Positions 38,086 to 49,896 of a DNA stretch of 64,000 nt are shown here, piece by piece. The stretch's first letter is position 1. Each line of letters opens with the position of its first letter. This DNA is from Takakia lepidozioides (taxonomy: Eukaryota; Plantae; Bryophyta). A program made the position numbers and the translations under genes. The notes under the pieces were generated by a model. That model worked only from the letters and a program-made list of their open reading frames with translations, ran no database searches and had not been told where the DNA came from. The stretch spans positions 76,136,001 through 76,200,000 of the forward strand of contig CM060733.1 of NCBI GenBank assembly GCA_030704615.1, in the 5' to 3' direction.

Positions 38086-40379
38086 GCACGGATTTGCTCA
38101 AAAAGGTCATCCCCAAAATGAGATCCACTCCATCGATCTCGCAGATGGTGAAGTTCTCACGTCCCTCCCAACTCCCCAGTTGAAGGGGAACATCAATTGC
38201 CACCTTGTCGCCAACTGTGGTTCTCCTTTGGCAGAACGCACCTCAATAGAGGTCCCCACGTCACTTGTCGGGAGTCCCAGCTTTTGTGCCGTTGCCGGTG
38301 TCATGAAGGAGTGCGACGCTCCTGTGTCCACCAACAATGACACATTAGTTCCGGATATTATCCCATCCACGAACAATAACTGACTCCCTTTTCGTAAGGC
38401 GCCAGTTTCCTGATACAACTCATAAGAAAATTTGCCTACCTTGCAAGTCCTGGCGACCACCGCTTCCACCAAGCGACTGATGGTATCTTCCGACAGCTCC
38501 GTGGTCGCCCGAGTCATGTTCAATTGCCGGGGCTTCATGCACTTCTTGGCCATGTGCCCGGGCTCCCCGCAATTGAAACACACTCCATCAAAGGTCATCC
38601 TCTGTCCGCCATAAGCTGCTCCACCCGCTTTTCTTCGAAGCACAGGGTGCCGCCTTGACGTGTGAAGGCCCTCCCTTCGATTTCCACGTGCCAATGTCGC
38701 CGCGTGGCCTATCGCACTTCTTTTCCGGTCGGAAGGAGTCACTTTCCCGCCGGGTCTTCTGTGGTTCAGCTCCGTACAGCCTTGTCTCTCACCCCTAGGG
38801 ACATCCGAGAAACATTCAGCCCTCTCAATTGCCTCGTTCAAAGTCTTGGGTGGCTTCTCCTCCAACTTCCGCCTGGCCCATGGGGCCAGTCCCGCCACAA
38901 AGTTGAAGACCATTTCTGGTTCTGCCATGTCCGCGACTTCGAGCAACAGCACATTGAAAGCCTGGACATACCCCCGAATGTCATCTGTTTGCTTCAAATT
39001 CCTCATCTTGTCCCGGGCAAGCCATGACGCGTTGAGGGGCACAAACTGTCTCTTCATCAATTCCTTGAACCCACTCCAGTTCAAGGTTTCCGGACTTGGA
39101 CCTCGGTCGTGAAGGCGTTTCTGCCACCATTGTTGAGCATAGCCTCTCAAATAGGTGGGAGCCACTTCCACACGATCCTCGTCACTCAACTTGGCCGTCC
39201 GGAAGTACTGCTCCAGCTCCAAGAGCCAAGTGTTGAGTGCCTTCCGATTTCGGACGCCCTCGAAGGTGCCGGGTTCATTAGGCTTCACCTTAAACTTTGC
39301 CTTAGTGGAAGTGGCATTAGCCGCCTTCAACACGTCTTTCAACGTCCCGCCAAACTGCGCCAACAACCCTTCCCAAAAGGCTGCCGGCATGGGAGGCATC
39401 TCTTGGTTTGTCGGAGCTCTCAAGGATTCCTCGGGCTCCGACTCCTCGGATTCCTCCCGCTCTTGGGTGGCCTCGTTTTCGGAAACATGCATCGCTTCCT
39501 CAAACGGCCGCCTCGGTGACACGCCGCCCCCATCGGGCTCACCGGGGTCATCATCTTTTGGGCCGTTCCGCTTTCGCTTCGGCTTGCCCGACCCCATGAT
39601 GAGGCCAATCCCAAGGACGATCGCGTACTGAACTCTAAGCTCTGATACCAAGTGTCGCGCACCTCACTTCGGTAAGCTCCCCTTCAAGTCATAGTTACTC
39701 GCTTTGATGCGCGCGCCTGACTCCCAACCTGGCCGCCCGGGCCAACTTGGAGCTTCGGCTGCTCACCGGGACATAACGGTCTCCCCTTCGCTTCCCACTA
39801 AACCCTCCACCTAATTGGGACTAGGAGAATTCCCTTTGGTAGATGGCAGTCCGGAACAGCTCCCCACTCTTTGGTCGCTTTCCGGCTCGCTCGCTTACTC
39901 ACTAGTTTTTGGTCACCAACGGGCTTGCACCGTTCTCGGGGTTACTACTCCCTATATATACTTTTGTAGCTGTCCACAGGGGTTCCACAACCAGCCATGC
40001 CATTTTATGGCGAACCACCACGAAAACCCTCGACTCCCGGTGATGAGTCGCGGTGAGTCTTGGCCCGCTCACCACGGCCCCTATGGACCGTGATGAGTCC
40101 CAAGACTCCCCACGACTCCCACCACGAGGTCTCCGCCCCCATGGTGAGTCCTATGCCACCCCCACTAAGTCCTGCTAAGCTACCACCACCCCTTGTGGAG
40201 CCACCCCCACCGCAACCCGGTGTGCGGGGCTCCACCTAGTGAGCGCCTCCGCTTCCCTGAGTGCCTTGGGCACTCAAGGGTGCTTCAGCCCCCCATACCT
40301 ATCGCTGCCGCTGCCCCCACCACAGGGGCAGCCCCTCATGTGTCCCGACCCCCTGCCCTCAAGGCAAAGGGCCGCAACA
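38086..40379 (-). mobile_element. Ty3/Gypsy 5' part: LTR (39653-40379), tRNA-Met PBS, gag and aspartic protease
   Basis: LTR bounded by TGTCGCG...CGCAACA. PBS TGGTATCAGAGC (minus, 39639-39650). ORF 38107..39651 has retrotransposon gag (FEGVRN..WLLELEQYF..LRGYAQQWW), CCHC knuckle CFNCGEPGHMAKKC and protease LVDTGASHSF, with DLILGM after a frameshift. Confidence 0.9.
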
Positions 40380-40980
40380 AGAAATGTAAGCAAGTCATCA
40401 CTAAGAGCTAGAGTACGAAGTTTAAACTTCCATATGCTCCAGTTGGATTGCCCAGCAAGTTTGCTCGATTCTATAACATGCAAGTGGTGGTTTGCATCTA
40501 GAGGAAGAGACATCTTGAGATACTTATCGACACAGATAAGAAGGCTAGTACAAAAGACAAAATTATAAGATTAAGCAACGTTAGCTCGATCCAAAGGTTA
40601 GTATGATAACAAGAAAAAAGAAATATGATAAAAAAATCTGACTCCTAGTCAATAGGACGGAGCAGAGCTCCCACGCCCGGACAAGTCTTCCTACAGCGAC
40701 ATGTGAAGCACTTCGATTCCCACGGCCCTAGCTTTGATACCATGTAAGATTCAGCATACTGGAATACTTTACTAAGGAGGAACATCAGGAATACAATACC
40801 CTTAACGGGTTCCCTATTTATCTAGGAGCTAGCATTGATTGCCGGTAGGTGGCACTAAACCCGATTAGCTGGAATTCAGCTAATGCTTACCAACTGGATG
40901 ACTCTTACTTAATGAAGAGATAAAGCAAACAGGGTGTCACCCTAGTGGGACCATGCTGATATAGCTTTCTAAATCTAACA
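40380..40980 (-). mobile_element. Ty1/Copia 5' end: LTR (40743-40980), PBS and gag N-terminus
   Basis: LTR TGTAAGA...TCTAACA. PBS TGGTATCAAAGC (minus, 40731-40742). gag start KLAGQSNWSIWKFKLRTLALSDDL, cut by the Gypsy LTR. Confidence 0.75.
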
Positions 40981-41603
40981 AGTACAATATTGGTTGAACC
41001 TCTTGAAGTAATATCTCTCTAAAACGTTCACTGAATAATGAGGTGCCAGATTGGTTTGCGGCATAGCAGACTGAATGGGATGCTGGATTGCAGATAGAGA
41101 CATTCACACATTCAAAAGACAGTGATGACTTTTGTTGAGCAAGTTAAGAAAAGTGAGCGGACTTCCCTTCTCACATGCCTTCTGGAAGGGCCGAGTGGCA
41201 GGTACGTCTCCTTTTCATATGATGTTCAAGAATGAAACCTAGTGGACGCAATTTCCTTCTTTCTATTTTCTTCTGTTTTTCTCTTGACTGCAAACAGTTC
41301 ATCCCCTTCACTGAAAGGATTGTCGCCACTACCATCAATAAGCTCCAGAGCAGGGAGGCAAATGAACTCTCAAGCCTGCAGAGTGAGTTTCCTACGCATG
41401 TAAGAGTCACCCTTGACTCGTGGTAAATATTCACAATGGTCTGAGACGTTCATATGAACAGGTATGAACCGGACTGTGTCCATAGTCAGATTTGCAAAGT
41501 CATCCTGGCATGCACACTTCTACTGAAGATTGAAAAAGTGGGTTTTCTAGAAACTTTATTGAGTTGAAGAAAAGAGAAACATCACATGGCCGACGTTTGT
41601 AGG

Positions 41604-41875
41604 TACAGGAGATTACTGGCGGGTAGACGGCGTGCTATCAATTGCTCGCGCATTTGGTGACAAGATTTTGAAGGAGCATATGAGTGCAAAACCCGATGTG
41701 GCTGATCTTGTAGTGGACTTGTTATGTGAATCTCTGATATTGGGAAGCAATGGTCTGTGGGCAGTGTCTGGCAACCAGGAAGTCGTTGATGTAGTTAACA
41801 AAATTGGAGATCCCTTGAAGACTGCCCAGCAGCTTGTACATGAGGCTCGTGCTCGCCACAGTGAGGATGACAGCC
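41604..41875 (+). pseudogene. PP2C protein phosphatase C-terminal fragment
   Basis: RVDGVLSIARAFGDKILKEHMSAKPDV...LILGSNGLWAVSGNQEVVD...EARARHSEDD. The conserved SDG has become SNG. No upstream exons recognised. Confidence 0.8.
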
Positions 41876-44066
41876 CCAAATCTGCCCGTTTATCAAGGCA
41901 CCCTCGGAACTCTCTCAGACGATCGACGTTGTTTCCTAGTACAGCTGCCAACATGTCCTATACTTCGTGACGTTTTGAAATTGTTGCGAGAAGAGGCACA
42001 AGTCGCTTGAAAGAAGTTTGAGGCTCCACAAGACTCTTCCTCGAAGGAGTCACAAGTCGCCTGAAAGAAGTTCGAGCCACAAGATCCAATAAACCACCTT
42101 CTTCTTGGGCAATAGGGACTTGTCAATGCAACTTGCTCCTATCTTCTTTTTTACCTTGTACAAACTGGATTGCACTGTTGCTTGAGACTCCGATCTAGCC
42201 ATCTTCTTGCAACCTCCAACAAACAAAAACAAAATCACAACACTTACAAGAGACTGCTAGCTGGGCCTAAACCTCTACACTACAGATCAGAGATTCCTTG
42301 TGGACGCAAAGACACAACAAGAGCTCGCTCAATGGCAACAATGATGAGACAATGAGATGCAAAGCCTCTATTTTTACTCTTAACAACCACCCACCTCGCG
42401 AAAAAGTTCAAAAAGGCCTGACTGTGATCCGGGATATGTTAAGAAATACTGTCATCCTTAAGAAGGCGAAGGTGCTCCAATTACATTTGGTTTTGTAGAT
42501 CCCGAAGTAGGCAGCTTCAGCCTCCAAAGGGATCATAACCTAAGCCCTTCAAATAGCCGGTAGCAATTGAAAATGTATGCATTGAGAGAAATATCAAGGA
42601 TTAATTTGTGGGCACCAGCTATGCATACATCTGCGGTGGCCTGAGCTGTCATAAACACATTGCCAAATTGTTGATGAATTGAGGATTGAAGGAGCCTTGC
42701 ATGAGATAGGCATCCCAGAATATAACTGGGATCGGATTAGATTTGTTGTATTTAGATTTCTTAAAATACTTTCATTAAGTAAAAAAACAATAAAATAAAA
42801 ATAAAAATAAAACATATGTACATGTGGGCGTGTCTTTCGCTGGCGAAACCCCGTGATTTATGATATCATATTATTTATCTATTAAACGCTTGTATGTATT
42901 TATGATTCAATGATGGCACAATGAGGACTTTAAATGCCTGCATTTGGCAGAGTTTCGTTGGCGAAAACAATGGAATTTTTAATATTTAGATTTATTTTTT
43001 AATTGTTTATCTAACGGTACTCTTCCATACATGAAATGTTTGGGTGCTCCTTTATCTTTTGCTTGCAAAACCCTGTAATTTATGACATTATTATTACTTA
43101 ATATTATTTAAATATTAATTGCTTGTGTTCTTTCTATGCCATTTTCAAGGCCCTATGAGGCTGCATTGAAAAGAGTTTCATTTGGCGACAATAAAATCTA
43201 GACTCGTTCCCAAAACATTTCCGGGACGGGCATGATGTTTGCAGTAGTCTTTATTCTCAAGGCAACACCATACCTTTCGGTTCCTTGGGGAGGACCTTTC
43301 TTTCTATAGAGAGAGAGCCGCCGATCTCTCCACGGTATGGGGGTCGAGCTTTTGCTCTGTGAACCATTTAACAGTAAGCTTTGTTCCCAAGCAGTAACAG
43401 CCTTGAAGTCCAATGCCACATCTATGTTGGTCAGGCGAGATGGGAGGAAGGTGGAGATGACTGACCTGACAAATCAGATGTGTTCCACGGAATAATAAAA
43501 TGTATTGAAACAAGTATAGCCTAAAGATTACCTATCTGACGTAGAAGAATGGAGCTCTGATTGCACATGCGGCCCCTCGTCAAGGGAGCACTAGCCGGTT
43601 TCCGTCCGCTGCAATGGCACTCTAGCTGAACCTGTATCACTCTACCAATACCTGTAATTCTCCAGATGTAAAAAGCAAATCTTTGGTGAGAAGGGCGATT
43701 CTCGTATCTCGTACCACTCCCGTGAATTATGACTCCCAAGCTTAAAATACTGTACGCGTTCTCTACCACAACAGTTATGTAGACTTAAACCCTGCAAGGA
43801 AACCTGACCGTGTGTATACGGATTGAAAAGAAAGATGCTCCTTTCACCACCAAAAGAAAGCCATCAGTTCTCGCCTCAGAAGCCTGTCATGACCTGCAAC
43901 CACATTGATAGATCAATCGCATGTACTCATCACTACCAGTTTACTTGACAAGCGGTAAACAGATTAGGAAAGCAGCACATACCAGGAAAGGAGACGAGAA
44001 AATAGGCATGGGGTTGAGGGGACATACTGGACAACAGGCATCTCGCGCATGGGAAAACCTAAGAAG

Positions 44067-47000
44067 TTACCTGCTGGTAGATTTGGGCTTGGCCAAGTCA
44101 GCAAGCTCCTCAATCAGTTTTCTCTCGTCATTGCTGAGACGCTTCGGAATCTCAACCTGCACCCGCACCAGTTGATCACCTCGCAAATTTGGCTTCCCCA
44201 ACAAGGGGACCCCTCGCTTGCCCATCACCAATGTTGTTCCTGGCTGGGTCCCAGCTGGAATTTTCAAGTCCACTGTACCGTCAACAGTTGGTACTTTCAC
44301 GGCTGTCCCAAGAATGGCATCAATGTAAGAGACTTTGGAAGAGATCAGAATGTTGTTCCCATCACGTTTCAGCTCGGGGTGTGTCCGGACATTTATGAAG
44401 ACATACAAGTCACCAGGAGGACCCCCACGCCTGCCAGCATTCCCCTCCGAGCGCACACGAAGCCGGCTTCCGGAATCCACACCAGCAGGAACTTTAAGGC
44501 TGATCCGCTTGGTTTTCCTTACCCTTCCATCCCCACCGCAGGTTGTGCATGGGGTTGAAATCTCCCCTGTGCCCCCACATTGAGGGCAGGTCGATACCTG
44601 TCGAAAGTCACCCAAGGGAGTCTGGGCGGTTGTCACCACCTGGCCTTGACCTCCACAGGTGCTGCAACTGGTAGGTGAAGTACCAGGCCTAGCTCCTGAT
44701 CCATCACAAGTGCTACAAGTCTCCAGACGGGTCACTTCAATATCCTTGTCTGTCCCAAAGACAGCATCCCGAAAATCTAGTAAAAGGTCGTAGCGCTCAT
44801 CGTCACCTTGCATTGGCCGGCTCCGAGCGGCCCGGGACCCCCCCATACCTCCCATACCCATGCTCCCAAAGAAGGTCTCGAACAAGTCAAATGGGTTATT
44901 GAAGTCCTGCCAAAATTGCCAACATTTATGTTAGTGTTATTTGTACATCAACAATGGCAACTTCCCCACCACCACCACCCCTCATCAGTTTTTCACTAGG
45001 CTTGGCAAGGCATATCCCTGTTGCAGTGCGTGCCTCATGTTGATGAGACATGTTGTGGTGGGATATAACTTGAATGCACTGATAATGCAATGTCATTCTC
45101 TCCATCTACATCCTCACAAGCACATTGGGTAAGTTGATAGACTAGCACATAATTCATCACTGTAGGCTGTGATTGTCAATGTCCATACTAATCCTAATAC
45201 CAGGCATGCAAAAACCAAACAGTGAACAAAGGGTAGGTCAGGCATACCCCAGGTCCTCCAGCTCCTGCACCCTTGAGACCAGCCTCCCCATATTTATCAT
45301 AAATAGAACGTTTATCGTCATCAGACAACACCTGCACAAAGTACACCACTGCTTATGAAGCCTTTCACCTTGGCATCAAAATTTAAATGTGTAACACTCG
45401 AAGTAACCAACTCCAAATACGATAGTGTATGTAGGTTCAGTTACAGAATTCATTCAAAGACACAGGCATGAGCCTGTGAAGGCACCAGAGGAGCATTTGG
45501 ACACACAGAAGTAATGAGTAGCAGAAAATCACCTCATATGCATTGCTTATGTCCTTGAACTTCTGTTCTGCTCCAGCATCTCTGCAACACAAGCCAGACC
45601 AGCCCTGATCAGCGTTGCTTGCACATTAGAGCGCATCCAAGTCCAATTCTCTTGGAAATTATCACACTTTCAATCCGGTTAAGTGGAAATTGGCAACCAA
45701 AGCTACTATGATTGGATTTCAGCACAATCCTAACAATGGTGTACAGCACTAGTAAACATTTTAATAACTGTGAAATAAAGTGAAAGTCACCGTACTTGTT
45801 GACATCAGGATGGTACTGTCGTGCCAGTCTCCGATATGCTGCACGCAGAATGAGGCACTTGATCATCAGCAGCTACCATGTAAGATACATTCGTTAACAT
45901 ATGAAATAAACAATACATCCTGATATGAAAAGGGAGTAATGTAGCCATTTTTCTGAGTTCCACTGGGTTGCCTGTGAAAGGGTCTGAAAAGGTAGGTGTG
46001 GACACAAGTCTACTAAACATATAAGGCAGATAGAGGTGACCATGCTTAACAAAGCCTAAAAGCATATTAACCATACACGAACTGAGGAATTATCTGGTCC
46101 TGATAAAGTGACTTGTACCCCCAAATAAATTCCAATGCATCTGCAGAACTCATAATGCATACAGCCTTACGGAAAGTGTGCCTTTCAGTGCAGCACTAGA
46201 AACTTACCACTCTTTATCTCTGATTTGTCTGAAGTTTTGCCAACTCCAAGAACCGAGTAAAAGTCCTGCACAGAAACCCTTCTGTCACACCCTCTCTCAT
46301 CTAAGACATTTACTTGACAACCCTTTCTTAGATTGAGCAGACCTAGATGTCTCATGCTCCACACGAATGCTCAATATGGATCGATAAGATAGCAAACGCC
46401 ACTCAGAGATTGGTACCCCTTGCACTCTTCTCATGCCTTGCAACGTGCCCACTTATGCTCCTCCTCCCCCACTCTTTGGACATAAGAAATAGAAACTTGA
46501 ATATTTTTTTCTACCCTTCCTGGATTGAGACTTGTCAACGTATGATGCCAAAAACTTCACTTGCTGAATTCTCCTTGGTAAATAAGTGAGTTACACAAGG
46601 AGTCCCAGAGGCGAGCCCGTGTGCTGCCATTATATCACAAAACAGTCAAACTGTACTCATCATCCTAGGCTCAGCACTAGACCGTCATCCCTGCAGATTT
46701 ATTCTCTTCAGGGAGCGACCCTCTGCAGGACCATCAAGAACATTGTCCCTCCACGTGCATTCATCAAATTTCAAAATCTCGAGGCTGAGCCTAAAGCCCC
46801 AGCCCTGTTGGGGCCTAATAGCTGGACAGCTCACACACAGCGGATTGATGCTTGTGTGAAGAGCTTTCTAGAGAAGATCTGGAAAGCCTAAACTAATTGC
46901 TTACATCAAGGTTAGTCCTACTACCGTGATGAGCCCCTCACAAAGTTAGTGTCTTTTCCCTCTAGTTCTGTGCTGACTGGGTGCAGGGTCTATGGTCACA

Positions 47001-48696
47001 AGGCTACGGCAAACGTCTTATGAGTACATTTTTGTCAGATATGGAAGCCATCATATATCAAGGTCAGAGGCACATACAGAGTCAGCACGGACTACAAGCC
47101 TGGAACTGCGTCGCTGGCGATGTTGCAAGTGAGACGTAAACAGGCGGAGAGGCTGGGAGGCAAGGAAGGTACTAGAGCAGAAACCAGTAGACCATTCATA
47201 GTATTTCCTGTGACAACCACAACAAATGCACATTTCAAGCCTGCTGACCCAAGCCCTTAGCCTGAATGGTATTCTTGACAATGTAAAACCTCTTTAACAC
47301 CTAAGCTTCAGGATAAGCATATTTAGATCTTTACTTCCTGTTGGTTCTATCTTTGTCATGGAACACATAAGGAGGCAGGATGACCCTGGCTGCTGCTTGA
47401 GATATATACCATGCGACCGGCGGAGCATTAATATGGTATATGTGTTTATTTATAAACCCTGCTTTCAGTTAGTATCACCTGCACTCCTATATCTCACTAC
47501 GACCATGTTCCAGTTTGTGGAAAGAACTAGCTTCATGGCCAGGGTTAGACAATTACCCATAAGGGGTGTTTCAAACAAAGCGTTAAACACATGTATGCAT
47601 GCAGTCTGAAATATGATCTGAAAAGTTTGGTCATGATGATACCATCCACATAAACACCAGAACCCACTACTTTAGGGGGTGTTGGGGGGGTTGTGGTTCA
47701 GTGGGTTTATCAATCATCACAAAACGATTTGCAACTGGGTTTGCAACTGGGGTTTAAGCAGTGCTGCCTAATCCATCCTCAGCACTGTCCTGGATTATCA
47801 TCTTAGAGTCTCTTTCAATTCTTTCAATTCATGTGACACACTGCCTTAGGAGAAAAACTGCCAAAGTGGCTTCTTAGAAAATGCACAAGCCCACCAAACT
47901 CTGCTTCCGAAATCGTGCCCTAACCCCAAGAAAGTGATGGAGTCCCAGCACTAGCACCTTCACTCATCCTAACCATCCGTTGAGATACGAGAGTATTGTA
48001 TGAACCACAACAGGAAACCCCAGCCTCGTATAGTTGCAGCTAGAACAGAGATTCTGCTAGAAGTTTCATGAGGACTATGACAGGGGCAACATTCTGTAAA
48101 ATCTTTTCTCCTTCCTGGCTACCGCAAGAGGATCAGAAAGTACACAATGGTAACATTCACCATATATGAAACACAATTGCAGTGGAAATGTCCAAGAAAC
48201 TTAAGCAAGCCCCTCTTACAAGAGTGAATGCACTTGATTTCTTCACCAGCTATAACTCATTCATGTTTTCGATTCTACTAGTACATTCCCTGACTATGGA
48301 GTAGTGCTAGTTTTACAGGTCAATCGAAAGAAAAACGGCAACGATTTTTGCAACGAAAACACAACGTTTCATCAGAGAACAACGTGCTGGAGTCGTCGTG
48401 GATAGAATTATTTTTATAAATGTAACAAACGACCACCGCTTCTACAAGTCTAAACACATTCCTGCACTACTGTTCCTTCATACACAAAACCCCGACCAAA
48501 GGCCGTCATGAGTATAATCTTCTTCTATAGACAAATGACAAGAAGGAAGTCATCAAAAACACCTGGAGGGACGAGCGGCGGCGGAGTGTGAGAGAGGGAG
48601 CGAACAGCAGGGGAAGAGAGGCGCACGCTGCCGCGCTACCTCCAGCGGTTGTATGCTGGCTACCGTCCTTGACGCTGCTCCCATTACACTCGCCAT
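44067..48696 (-). CDS. dnaJ: Chloroplast-targeted type-A DnaJ chaperone, 7 exons
   Basis: Phase-consistent GT-AG exons 48696-48563, 47207-47078, 46265-46208, 45838-45796, 45581-45533, 45331-45248, 44906-44067. Transit peptide ending VVRADS; J-domain with YHPDVNK; G/F region; four CxxCxGxG repeats; C-terminal domain. Confidence 0.93.
46720..47025 (+). mobile_element. LINE 3' fragment in a DnaJ intron
   Basis: LEAEPKA.ALL.P.SW..HTQ.IDACVK.FLE.IWK and the 3' end AACGTCTTATGAGTAC are shared with the element at 50358-51355. Confidence 0.8.
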
Positions 48697-49896
48697 TCAC
48701 CTCTATCTCTCTCTCCCAACAAAACCCAATCACTCTAAAATGCCTGTCTTTCTAACCAGTCCTCAGGCTTTCCTCCCCCAAGCTGTCTGTGTCTTTGCCT
48801 TAATGCTACTAGTGAACCCAGCTGCACAGAGGCTGTGCGGCTACGCCCACCCTCGTCCTCTCCAGCCTCCTCTTCCCTCGTGTGAGAGGTAGAGGAAGAA
48901 GGCAGGGCAAGGTCGGCTGTGGATGCCTCTTCTGGAACCTTCACTAACCCAGTTACGAACTCACTAAGAGCCCACTAATTCTATGTGAGCCTTCAAACTA
49001 ATTCAACACTGATCTAACAATCCTCCTAAATCACTGTTATCTTAGTGTGTCTGATTAGGATTCGTCTAGAATCTTCTGCTCTGTCTCCTGCAAAACTCTT
49101 TCTTCCCTCCTCCATTCATTCAAACTGCCTACACAAGTGTAAATTTGATACAGGTAGAGCTGAGAGATGAGGACGGCACCGGAGGACGCCAGAATGAGGG
49201 GCTGCCAATCCATTGCCATCGGATCAGAGCTCAGTTCAATGCCCAGATGAGAAACATGGGACGCAGGTGCATAGTGAGAGGTGGAGCATGTGTGATGGAG
49301 ATGTTCTCAACAAATGGTGCCCTAAAGATGAACCAGGCGAATGTGGGTTAACATTTGATATGCATTCCTATTCATACAGAAACATCAATACTGGACCTAG
49401 AACTCATTGACATTCTCTAATTCGGATTGCATCCCACTAAGCATGTATGCCTTTAGGGTAACAGTGCAGTGCAGTGTCTGAATCATTTTTGAGCATTTTT
49501 GAGCAGAGATACAATAGCATTGCAGACTCATACAGAATATCGCCCTGTCCTGTTGAGTGACAAGCAGGAGTGCTGGTGGAGGTGTTGTGGTCCGCATATT
49601 CAGCAACAAAAGATGGTTGGAAGACAAAACTCATCAAAAAATCAATTTGTGCAATCCAACATCTAGGTTATGCAAATACTAGTGAAAGTATTTGAACTTA
49701 TTAGCAACAGATTTTCCTTCCCAAGTATTTCCCACATGGTCTGGTGCATGGCCTGGGGCATATCAAAGTGTGACGGACGGAGCCTAGATGCAGGAGAGGT
49801 CTACTGGAAAACGCAGTCCCTGTCATTGAAGCTGATTCTCATAATTGACTCCCAGCCCCTATGAAAGCTCAATGAAGGAGTGAATTCCATGCTGCT

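Noticed and set aside
43198-43769. Small minus-strand ORFs downstream of DnaJ
   Set aside because: No recognisable motif in any frame and no consistent exon structure.
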